A stretch of DNA of 64,000 bases from an uncultured Planctomycetia bacterium (lineage in GTDB: Bacteria; Planctomycetota; MHYJ01; WSZJ01; CAZWCX01), in the NCBI GenBank assembly GCA_964632945.1, contig CAZWCX010000005.1, positions 9,305 through 73,304 on the forward strand. Direction: 5' to 3'. The translations under genes were made by a program, and so were the position numbers. A model generated the notes under the pieces. The model saw nothing but the letters and a program-made list of their open reading frames with translations. It made no database searches and was not told the origin of the DNA. Of this stretch, positions 55,769 through 64,000 are shown one piece after another; position 1 is the first letter of the stretch; each line of letters opens with the position of its first letter.

Positions 55769-56326
55769 TCAGTTGCGAGGAAACACCGACGTCTCGAGCG
55801 AACGAACGATCATGCTGCCGTACGGACCCGGCAGTTCCAGGGAGAGCCGGATGGTCAGCTTGTTCGTCAGCACCGGGTCCCGCTCCAGGCGAAAACCATT
55901 GGCCTGCAATCGGGAAACCAGGACCTCCGTGCGACCGTTCTGGGTGCGCGTCACTTCCCCCCAGTTCGCCGTCGCGTTCCAACGGTAGGCGTACGTGACG
56001 CTGGGTCCGTAGATCGGCGCCATCCCGCTGAATCCGGTGACTTCCTGGAAGACCAGCGTCTGGCCGCTCCCCGGCGAGACCGGAATCTGCGTGTGCACCT
56101 GGGACAACGGGGAGTTGCGCATCTCCGAGCTGAGGATCTCCATGGCGCGCAGGGCCTCTCCCTCCAGCGTGGCCACGGTCACCTCGACCTGGAATTCGTC
56201 GGTCGACGTGCGCAACAGGGACAGCGTGATCGAGATGAGTCCGACCAGCACGGTGGTGGACACGAGCATCTCGACGATCGTGAAGCCGGCTCTCCCGCGA
56301 GGCGCGCGAAGTCGGGGTTGCGACAT
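55769..56326 (-). CDS. Prepilin-type N-terminal cleavage/methylation protein (PilW/GspJ-like)
   Basis: AG|FTIVEMLV. Confidence 0.85.
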   Translation of the reverse strand: MSQPRLRAPRGRAGFTIVEMLVSTTVLVGLISITLSLLRTSTDEFQVEVTVATLEGEALRAMEILSSEMRNSPLSQVHTQIPVSPGSGQTLVFQEVTGFSGMAPIYGPSVTYAYRWNATANWGEVTRTQNGRTEVLVSRLQANGFRLERDPVLTNKLTIRLSLELPGPYGSMIVRSLETSVFPRN

Positions 56327-56336
56327 CGGAGATCTC

Positions 56337-56783
56337 CTAGCGGCTGGTCATACGGGTGGAGTACGAAGTCGTCCGCGGCTCGTGGATCCCCTGCCAGGCG
56401 ATGGTGACGGTGATCTCGAGCACCGTGGGCGCCGCCCCCACCTGGACCGCCGTGACCCGACCGGCCGGGTTGGGAAAGAGCCCGGGCACGTCGAAGGTCA
56501 CCGTCTGGCCGGCGTAGGTGCCGACCACCCGGTCGAAGGTCTGGCCCTGCAGCTCGTCCACCTTGGCCCGGGCCGCATTCGCCGCGACGGTCGTCTCCTG
56601 GGCCGTCATGGACGCCTTGGCCATGTAGGTGTACGAGGAGATGGTGCCGAGAATGCCGATGGCGATGATCGAAGCGGCGACGATGAGTTCGATCAGCGTG
56701 AATCCGTCGCACCCGAAGCGCGAATGGCGGGCGTGGGCCGCCGCGGAGCGTTGCGGGCGGTCGGTATGGCGCAGGCAAGTCAT
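56337..56783 (-). CDS. Prepilin-type N-terminal cleavage/methylation protein (PilV/GspI-like)
   Basis: DG|FTLIELIV; C-terminal LEITVTIAW. Confidence 0.85.
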   Translation of the reverse strand: MTCLRHTDRPQRSAAAHARHSRFGCDGFTLIELIVAASIIAIGILGTISSYTYMAKASMTAQETTVAANAARAKVDELQGQTFDRVVGTYAGQTVTFDVPGLFPNPAGRVTAVQVGAAPTVLEITVTIAWQGIHEPRTTSYSTRMTSR

Positions 56784-56902
56784 GGATCCCCCTCGGAGTC
56801 GTTCGCAAGACGGCGAACGGACTCTCTTCCCCAGGTTGGGAGATCTTGCCTGCGCGGTGTGTTCGGTCGGGTCACCTTGGGTGTGGATGCATCTGAAATG
56901 TA

Positions 56903-56931
56903 TTTATACTTCATCATCGGGTCTCCGTCAA
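56903..56931 (-). promoter_or_regulatory. sigma70 promoter for the minor pilin cluster
   Basis: Minus strand TTGACG-N17-TATAAA. Confidence 0.7.
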
Positions 56932-57183
56932 GATCATTTTCATTCTGCGCCCGTAACGGCGAAAGAAGGGCAGCAAGCGACGAGAGCGGATCACAAGGTA
57001 ATGTGTTCCTAGATCTTGCGACGCACCAGGGGGACGGAAGCCGGCGGGCCCGCGCGTTCCCCGAGGGGAAGCGGGGCGGTAAAAATCGTTGCCTCTGCCG
57101 GAGGCCCCCCCTAGAATCCCGCGATGGATGAAAATCAGGGTCGTCTACGGTCCGACGAAACGATGAAGAGGGGAGGGAATCCC

Positions 57184-58086
57184 ATGATTCCGTTCCAGAC
57201 CCGGTGGACGGGCGTTCGCGGGCGCGCCGTGATTGCGTTGTTGATGCTGTCGTTTGGGTCCAGCCACCTCCTCGCTCATACGCCCCCGGCACCCACGCCG
57301 GCCCCTGCGGGCGGGCCGGTGGTTTCCATTCCCGCGCGTCCGTCGGGTGCCCCGACCGGCAGCGCCTTCCTCGCCCAGACCAAGGGTCTCACGCGTGCCC
57401 AGCGCGAGGACGCGATCCTCGCCCAGTTGGCCGCGGGAAATGTCCCCGCCTTCCTGCGGGAGTGGCGGAAGGTGACGGTGGTTGCGGCGGGAGCGGACGG
57501 CAAGAGTCGGACCTGCACGTACCGAGTCCTCCCGGACTATCTGGCCATCGGAACGGACGCCGACTTCGTGCGGATTCCGATGGGGTCGCGGACGGCGCAA
57601 AAGGTCGCCGACCTCTTCGGCGCGTCGCTGCCGACCCGCCGCATGGTCGACCAGGTCTGGAAGGCGTCGGAGGTGAAGCTGTCCCCGATTCCGCTCCCGC
57701 CGGGAGCGATCATGACCACGAATTACTACTACGGACTGCATCACACCAAGGTGGAAGCGAAGCGCAAGGTCTTCCCGCTCGGCGTGCTCACCGCGGGCCA
57801 CAAGAAGGACGTGGTGATTTCCAATCGCCTGCTCTGGTATCCCGCCCGGGTGGCCATCTACGGCTGGCACTTCACCACCGGGAAGCCGATTCAGCCGTTG
57901 AGCACGGTGCACGAGCACTCGTATGCCGATTACAGCCACGGCATCCGTCTCATCGATGCCACGGTGACCGTCGACGGCGTGGACATGCCGTTGGTCGACG
58001 TGCTCAAGTCGCCCGTGATGCACAAGTTGCTGAGCGACGAAGGGGTGATGCCGTCCCCGCGCGTCCCCGGCGTTCCGAAGCCCTGA
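57184..58086 (+). CDS. Secreted protein of unknown function
   Basis: Signal peptide, Pro-rich linker, globular domain with AGHKKDVV, VAIYGWH, IQPLSTVH and YADYSHGIRL. Confidence 0.8.
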   Translation: MIPFQTRWTGVRGRAVIALLMLSFGSSHLLAHTPPAPTPAPAGGPVVSIPARPSGAPTGSAFLAQTKGLTRAQREDAILAQLAAGNVPAFLREWRKVTVVAAGADGKSRTCTYRVLPDYLAIGTDADFVRIPMGSRTAQKVADLFGASLPTRRMVDQVWKASEVKLSPIPLPPGAIMTTNYYYGLHHTKVEAKRKVFPLGVLTAGHKKDVVISNRLLWYPARVAIYGWHFTTGKPIQPLSTVHEHSYADYSHGIRLIDATVTVDGVDMPLVDVLKSPVMHKLLSDEGVMPSPRVPGVPKP

Positions 58087-58344
58087 AGCCGCGCTCGCCC
58101 CCCCTCGAGGGGGGAAGATCCCGGCGCCACCCGCCGGGATCGGGCGGTCCTCCGCGCCGCACGCGGCCGGAGTCTATTCCGGCAGGCCGTCGCAACAAGT
58201 CTCGACGATGGCGTGACACTTCACGCAGTGAAGCTTGCCGCGGATGTGCGCCAGTTCCGTGCCGCCGCAGACCGGGCACGTCGTTCGGCGCGGACGCGGA
58301 CAGGAGTTTTTCTCCCGGGGGGTGGGCGGCATGGCCATTCTCCG

Positions 58345-60234
58345 CTACCCGGTCGCGAACAGCCAGAGGATGGGGGCGAGGAAGACCAGGGGGAAGATCC
58401 ATCGGGAGAGCCGGGCGGACCGGCGTGCGCCTTCTTCCCGTCCCCGCAGGAGCAGGCTCTGTTCGTACACGACCTGGACGAGGCACAAGCAGATCATGAC
58501 GTATGCGTCGAGAAAGAACCAGTCCGCCTTCACGACATACCCGGCCTCCGGCAAGTGTCCGGCGTGGGCGATGTGCAGCCCGATGCAGTTCAGCAAGGCC
58601 AGGATGCCGAGGCAGATCTTCGCGTCGAAGTGTTGGGGGTCGATCCAGAAGACGATGAATCCCATGGAAACCGCCACCAGCAGGGGCAACAGGAGTTTGA
58701 CGGCGTAGCGGGCCACCGTGCGGCGGACGTCGATCGAGAATTCATACCGCGAGGAGCGTCCCTGCCACTCGTCCCGGTCGATGGTGCCGAAGTCGGTCTC
58801 GTACTGCTTCGTATAGGAGCGATGTGCAACCTTCTCGATGCGCCAATCGTGGATTTCGAGACCTTCGGCGAGGAAGGCGTGGCGCAGGTCCGCTCCGCGG
58901 GCCGCGAGGTCGTCGGGCACGAAGACGAGCTTTTCGGATCCCTGCCACCGGTGTTCCAGGATCATCGCGAGGCGCTGACGGTCGAAGGGGTAGTCCGACA
59001 GCAGGAAATTGGACCGCAGGCGGACCGTCAGACGGCGGCTCTGGCGATTCCAACCGTTCTTGCGGATCACGCGCGCGCCTTCGTCGATCGACTCGATGAC
59101 TCCGTTCACCACGGCGAACTCGAACGGCCCGTCCGACTCCTGAAACAACCGTCCCTGCCAGCGGAACCAGACGTACCCGTCGAACAGGAACGTGCCGCTG
59201 ACGGTGTCGAGCTCGGAGATCGAGTAAGCGTAGACCCCGACGAGGACCTTGATCGGGTACCGCGTCGTCACGGCAGTGTCGAGGTGGGCGGACAGTCCGT
59301 CATGCAGAGGGAGCACGGAACGCTGCGAGGTGAGCGCGGCCCCGACGGGCTGGAGGAGCGGGGTGGTCCGGCGGAGTTCCTGGGCCGAGGCGAACAGGGT
59401 CTCGGAGAGATCCCGGGCGACGTCCCGTCCCATCCGATCCGTGGTCGCCAGGACATAGTCGAGTTCCAGGGCGGCCATTTCCAGCGGCCGGCCGTAGGCG
59501 GCCGCGGAGATTCGGCCGCGGCGCAGGTAGGGGTGGGCGGTCAGGACCCGGTCGATGTTCCGGGTCGCCCCGTGCTGCAGCGCCCCTTCGAGGGGAAGCA
59601 GAACGGATCCCGAATGGAGGGCTTCTCGCAGGCCCGGATGAGGGACGGCGGCCGGCAACAGGGCCGCATCGAGTTCCCCGGACTCCAGCCGGGCGGCGAG
59701 GGAGGCCTCGTCGGTTCGCACCACCACCACGTCCGCCGGGTCGAGCCCGTGGGCGCGCAGGATTTCCCAGCAGGGAAGCGCCCCGCCGTTCTCGCTCGAG
59801 CCCAGGGACACCCGCTTCCCGCGCAATCCGGCCGGCCCCCCGAAGGTCGCTCCCGGTCGGGCGACCATGTGGATCGCGGCCTCGTGCAGAAGGCCAAGGA
59901 CCCGAAGTTCCGGGTGGGGGACGTCGAATTCGCCTTCCCCACGGAATGCCTGCCAGAGGACATCCGCCCGCACGATCGCGACGGCCGCCGAGCCGTCGAT
60001 CAGTCGCCGGGCGTTTTCCACGGACCCCCAGGTGGGGAGGTAGCGGACCGTGCTCAACTTGGCATGGCGTTGGAACACGGTTTCGAGGGCGCGCCCGACC
60101 GTCTCGTACTCGCCGCCCGGCGGGCCGCCGGCCAGGAGGAGTTCCTCGGCCGGGACCGGGCAGGCGCCGAAGACCCATCCGAGCACGAACGCGGCGATCG
60201 GGAGGCCCCGGACGGTTCGGGGGATACGCCGCAT
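58345..60234 (-). CDS. TAXI-type periplasmic binding domain fused to a pentameric ligand-gated ion channel (GLIC/ELIC-like)
   Basis: Signal peptide; TAXI-like GGPPGGEY, TWGSVEN, RGKRVSLG and PLHDG; then pLGIC VLVGVY, YPFDRQ, M1 LLLPL, FWID, LPEAGY and M4 SRWIFP. Confidence 0.85.
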   Translation of the reverse strand: MRRIPRTVRGLPIAAFVLGWVFGACPVPAEELLLAGGPPGGEYETVGRALETVFQRHAKLSTVRYLPTWGSVENARRLIDGSAAVAIVRADVLWQAFRGEGEFDVPHPELRVLGLLHEAAIHMVARPGATFGGPAGLRGKRVSLGSSENGGALPCWEILRAHGLDPADVVVVRTDEASLAARLESGELDAALLPAAVPHPGLREALHSGSVLLPLEGALQHGATRNIDRVLTAHPYLRRGRISAAAYGRPLEMAALELDYVLATTDRMGRDVARDLSETLFASAQELRRTTPLLQPVGAALTSQRSVLPLHDGLSAHLDTAVTTRYPIKVLVGVYAYSISELDTVSGTFLFDGYVWFRWQGRLFQESDGPFEFAVVNGVIESIDEGARVIRKNGWNRQSRRLTVRLRSNFLLSDYPFDRQRLAMILEHRWQGSEKLVFVPDDLAARGADLRHAFLAEGLEIHDWRIEKVAHRSYTKQYETDFGTIDRDEWQGRSSRYEFSIDVRRTVARYAVKLLLPLLVAVSMGFIVFWIDPQHFDAKICLGILALLNCIGLHIAHAGHLPEAGYVVKADWFFLDAYVMICLCLVQVVYEQSLLLRGREEGARRSARLSRWIFPLVFLAPILWLFATG

Positions 60235-60537
60235 CGCGCGTCCTCGAGGAATCGGGCCGATGAGAGCAGGTGTGGGGATTCTAGCCGTCCCGGGGCGATC
60301 GCGGCCAACGAAATCGAGGTCGCTCGGGACCCGGCCGGGACGAAGGTCGTCGATTCGCTTCGCCCAGAGAGTCGGCCGCGAAACGGCGACCTCCGCGCGA
60401 GCTCCCCGCTCCACGCGGGGGGCGACCGAGTCGTCTCATGGTCGCGGAGCTTCACGGGCGGCGGCGCCTGCCGTCGGGTCCGTTGACGCGAAACGGACCG
60501 CGGGCTAGGATGGGTCGAAACGCCTGACGGGGATGCC

Positions 60538-61515
60538 ATGAAGACGTACGTGCGACCCACCCTCAAGAAGCCCGTGGCCCTCTTCGTCGCCATCCTGCTG
60601 CTCACCATCGGGCTGTCCATTCTCTGGAACGTCGTGCTGGTTCACGACTACAACCGCATTCGCGAACTGGCCACCGCGGACACGCGGTCGGCCGGGGAGT
60701 ATCACGGGCTCTATCTCGCCCTCGGCACCGCGATCTTCGTCGCCATCATCGGACTCGTGGTGTGGCTGGCCGTCACGTTGTTCGCGGCCGTCAAGTTCAA
60801 CCAGCAGATGTCGATGTTCCTGGCCAGCGTGAGCCACGAGCTCAACTCCCCGCTCTCGGCGATCAAGCTCTATGCGCAGACCTTGCGCTCGAGCGGACTC
60901 TCGGAAGAGGAGCGCCTGGGATTCGTCACCACGATCCTGGCGAACGTGGACCGGTTGACGAGCCAGATCCGCAACATCCTGCGTGCGGCGCAGGAGGAGC
61001 AGGACCGCCTGAGCCCTTCGCTGGAAACGGTCAGTCTCGGCACCTTTCTATCCGAATACGCGAACGAATGTCGGGGCGTCCTGGAACGTCGGTCCCCGGG
61101 GGGGGAGATCCGCTTCCTGGGCGGAGGGGAGTTTCCGGTTCGCATCGACACCGGCATGTTCCGCCAGATCCTCGACAATCTCGTCGACAACGCGGTCAAG
61201 TACGCGGGCAAGGAACCGCCGAAGATCGAGATCACCTGTTGCCAGGGCCCCGACGGTCGCGCCGCCATCGAGGTTGCGGACCACGGTCGGGGGATCCCGC
61301 AGGAGGTCCTTCCCCGCTTGTTCGAGCGGTTTCGTCGGTTCGAATCGGACGTCCCGGCCCACCGGCGCGAAGGGATCGGACTCGGGCTTTCCATCGTTCG
61401 GTCGCTCGTCGGCGTGCACGGGGGAACGGTGGATGCGCGGAGCGAGGGAGCGGGCATGGGCACGACGTTTCGCATCGTCCTGCCGCGGGCCGAGGCCCAC
61501 GAGGTGGTCGCGTGA
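60538..61515 (+). CDS. Sensor histidine kinase
   Basis: Two TM segments, H-box SHELNSPL, N-box NLVDNAVKY, DHGRGI and GIGLGL. Confidence 0.93.
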   Translation: MKTYVRPTLKKPVALFVAILLLTIGLSILWNVVLVHDYNRIRELATADTRSAGEYHGLYLALGTAIFVAIIGLVVWLAVTLFAAVKFNQQMSMFLASVSHELNSPLSAIKLYAQTLRSSGLSEEERLGFVTTILANVDRLTSQIRNILRAAQEEQDRLSPSLETVSLGTFLSEYANECRGVLERRSPGGEIRFLGGGEFPVRIDTGMFRQILDNLVDNAVKYAGKEPPKIEITCCQGPDGRAAIEVADHGRGIPQEVLPRLFERFRRFESDVPAHRREGIGLGLSIVRSLVGVHGGTVDARSEGAGMGTTFRIVLPRAEAHEVVA

Positions 61516-62210
61516 GTCACATCTTGATCGTCGAGGATGAGCAGGACCTGGCGGCCGGCATCGCCTTCAACCTGCGCAATGCCGGCTATCATGCCACCGT
61601 TGCTTCGGATGGCGAGAAGGCCGTCGAATTGCTCGCCAAGACCGACTTCGACCTCGTGCTCCTCGACCTCATGTTGCCGGGGATGGACGGACTGGAGGTG
61701 ACGCGAAGGGTTCGGGAGGGAGGAAACTACTGCCCGATCGTCATGCTGACCGCCAAGGGGCAGGCGGAGGACGTCGTCCGCGGGCTGAATGCGGGTGCCG
61801 ATGACTACGTCACCAAGCCCTTCGACTTGGATCTGCTGCTGGCGCGAATTCGCAGCTTCCTGCGCCGGCAGGTCTGGGGGCGGGAAAACGCACCGGGCGG
61901 TCCGCCGCCGCGATTGGCGTTCGGGGAATGCTGGATCGACTTCAAGACCTTCCGCGCGCGCACGGTCGACGGGGAGGAGATCGAGTTGTCCTCCAAGGAG
62001 GCGCGCATCATGGCGATGTTCGCGTCCCGCGAAGGGGCGGTGATCACCCGAGCGCAGCTACTGCAGGAGGTCTGGGGGCTCCCGGCCACCTTCGAGACGC
62101 GGACGGTCGAGAACTTCATTTCCCGCCTGCGGAAGTACTTCGAGACCACCCCGGGGAGCCCGACCCACATCCTGTCGGTTCGCGGCATCGGGTATCGATT
62201 CGAGCGCTGA
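61512..62210 (+). CDS. OmpR/PhoB-family response regulator
   Basis: GTG overlaps the kinase TGA (GTGA). IVEDE, LDLMLPGMDG, DDYVTKPF, winged helix ending VRGIGYRF. Confidence 0.94.
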   Translation: MSHILIVEDEQDLAAGIAFNLRNAGYHATVASDGEKAVELLAKTDFDLVLLDLMLPGMDGLEVTRRVREGGNYCPIVMLTAKGQAEDVVRGLNAGADDYVTKPFDLDLLLARIRSFLRRQVWGRENAPGGPPPRLAFGECWIDFKTFRARTVDGEEIELSSKEARIMAMFASREGAVITRAQLLQEVWGLPATFETRTVENFISRLRKYFETTPGSPTHILSVRGIGYRFER

Positions 62211-62260
62211 GCGGACCCGCTCCTGGACCGGGAGGGGGGGCTCATGTCCTGACGGGCGCG

Positions 62261-64000
62261 TCACCGCGATCGAGTCAAATTGGCGCGCGCCTTATCCAGG
62301 TTCTCCCCGAACCGGCGGGTCACGTCCTCGTCCTTCTTTACCGACCGATCCGCCAGTGCCTCCTGGAGGCTCGTCCGCTTCCGTTCCACCAGGTCCAGGG
62401 CCTCCGCGCGCCAGGCATCTCCTTCGATCCGGTCGGATTGGAGGTAGGCGAACGCGTCGGCGATCCAAGGGTAGCTGTAGCGAAGCTGGTTCGAGCCGTA
62501 TTCTTCGAGATTCAGCAGGTGGTACCGGTGGCGCGTTTCGGCGGTCACGTGCCCCTTCGCGTCCAGAAGTCGATGGCAGCTGTAGCGCAGCGGGACATTG
62601 CCGGGCTCGAGGACGTGATCGAGCAGGAAGCGAAGGCACGGTTCGTAGAACAGGACCCCGATGACGCCGATGGCATTCTCCACCTGTGCGGTCCCGTACT
62701 TCTCCAGAATCGGAAGTCCGTCGTAGTGCTGATCGTGGGTGAACGGTTTCACGGCCTCGGGCTTGTCGAGCCAGTTCTTCACGAAGTAGTCGGTGGCCTG
62801 GTCGTGGAATTCGTCGAAGAAATCGACGCACTGAAAGAGGTTGAGCCGGTGGTACTCGAACTGTTCGGCGACCGGGATCTCGGCAATGCGGCTGCACACT
62901 CCATAGGCGTGCAGGCGCGCCGGGACCTCGGAGTCGAGGTTGACCCGGGGGCGGAACCGGGCGATCGCCTCCTCCGGGTATTGGCGCGCGATCATCTCCC
63001 ACAGGGTCGGCCCGTCGCCGGAGGTGGGGGAGAGTTCGTTCTTTTCGGCGTATCGCAGCAAGGTCTCGCGGACCCTGGATTCGGCGGCGAGCGTAGGATC
63101 GAGGCGGAGGGCGGCGGCGATGTGTTCGACGATTTTCGAGACGTAGCGCTGGGGGGCCTGGTCGGCGGCCAGGGCGTAGTCGAGCAGGCGGCGGCCGACC
63201 TCGGGGAGTTTCTCATGCCGTTTCCAGAGCAGATCGAGGGCTTCGTTCCAGGACTGTCCGCCGCGGGCCATGAGCCGGGAGGCCTGTTCGAGGAGGACGC
63301 GATCGGCGAGCGCGTCGAGGCCGGGAATGTAGCCGCGGTCCTTGCGTTGGGACTCGAGCCAGGTGAGCGCCTGCGCGTGGTCGCCGGTGGCGGCGAAGGC
63401 GGCGACCTGGGCCTCCGCGAGTTCCCGGGCGAGATCCGGGATGCGCGGGTCGGCGGGACGTTCGGCGAAGCGCCGGTCGACCCGCTCCCAGGCTTGCACC
63501 CATCCCCCCGCGCGCGCCGCCTCCCGGGCCTCCTGCGCCCAGTCGGACCGTTGCGTCCACCACCAGGTGGCCCAGGAGCTGCCGCCCGCCAACGCGAGCG
63601 CGGCCGCCGCCAGGACCCAGGGCCTCGAGCGGCGGCGATCTCCGATGCGGCTGCGGCGCTCCGCTTCGGAAGGTTCGAGCGCCCGACCCCGGACCGTTTC
63701 GAGGATGCGCCGGTACTGGTCCGAGGCGTCGTCCTGGATCAGGCGATAGACCTTGATCGGCTCCGGCACGCCCTTCAGGATCCGTTCCCCGACTTCGCTC
63801 GAGGGGACCTCCGTCTTGTTCATCGCCAGGTAGACGGCGTGCGTGAAATAGACCTCTCCCGGTTCGGTGATCGTGTTGATCCGCGAGGCCACGTTCACCG
63901 GTTCCCCGAAGATGTCGTCGGTGGTGATCTGGACCTCGCCCGTGTTGATCGCGACCCGGACCTCCATCCGGGCGGACTCCGGCGCGGCGGCGTTGTAGTC
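62261..64000 (-). CDS. Class III adenylate/guanylate cyclase-domain membrane protein (5' end outside the window)
   Basis: VRVAINTGEV, DIFGEPVNVASRI and ILKGVPEPIKVY motifs, then a TM segment and a large helical C-terminal domain. Confidence 0.88.
   Translation of the reverse strand, partial: DYNAAAPESARMEVRVAINTGEVQITTDDIFGEPVNVASRINTITEPGEVYFTHAVYLAMNKTEVPSSEVGERILKGVPEPIKVYRLIQDDASDQYRRILETVRGRALEPSEAERRSRIGDRRRSRPWVLAAAALALAGGSSWATWWWTQRSDWAQEAREAARAGGWVQAWERVDRRFAERPADPRIPDLARELAEAQVAAFAATGDHAQALTWLESQRKDRGYIPGLDALADRVLLEQASRLMARGGQSWNEALDLLWKRHEKLPEVGRRLLDYALAADQAPQRYVSKIVEHIAAALRLDPTLAAESRVRETLLRYAEKNELSPTSGDGPTLWEMIARQYPEEAIARFRPRVNLDSEVPARLHAYGVCSRIAEIPVAEQFEYHRLNLFQCVDFFDEFHDQATDYFVKNWLDKPEAVKPFTHDQHYDGLPILEKYGTAQVENAIGVIGVLFYEPCLRFLLDHVLEPGNVPLRYSCHRLLDAKGHVTAETRHRYHLLNLEEYGSNQLRYSYPWIADAFAYLQSDRIEGDAWRAEALDLVERKRTSLQEALADRSVKKDEDVTRRFGENLDKARANLTRSR

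Overview
High-GC (roughly 70%), gene-dense bacterial window. The gene repertoire (three Ser/Thr kinase-TPR proteins, zinc-ribbon proteins, a MoxR/vWA/DUF58/BatA-type operon, HEAT proteins, minor pilins) suggests Planctomycetota, which is an inference only. It holds about 45 CDS and one tRNA-Gln(CTG); no CRISPR array, rRNA or mobile element was recognised. The main finding is site-specific in-frame TGA in four otherwise intact genes (five codons), although many other genes use TGA as a true stop. (i) 37200..39146 has two TGAs in a CxxC-x10-TGA-x10-TGA motif, each followed 11 nt later by a hairpin in SECIS-like geometry. (ii) A secreted protein at 13966..13475, next to a TPR/beta-barrel (Slam-like) gene, has TGA four residues after the predicted signal-peptide cleavage site. 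(iii, iv) Two nucleotide-identical copies of a small secreted Pro/Gly/Asp-rich peptide gene (35499 and 36689) have TGA right after the signal peptide; each has its own diverged sigma54 promoter, enhancer-like site, leader hairpin and terminator. This points to an unannotated set of selenoproteins or another UGA-recoding system. Other notable items are a TAXI-binding-domain/pentameric ligand-gated channel fusion and a degenerate REC-GGDEF-REC protein that keeps its c-di-GMP I-site, upstream of CHAD and ppx.
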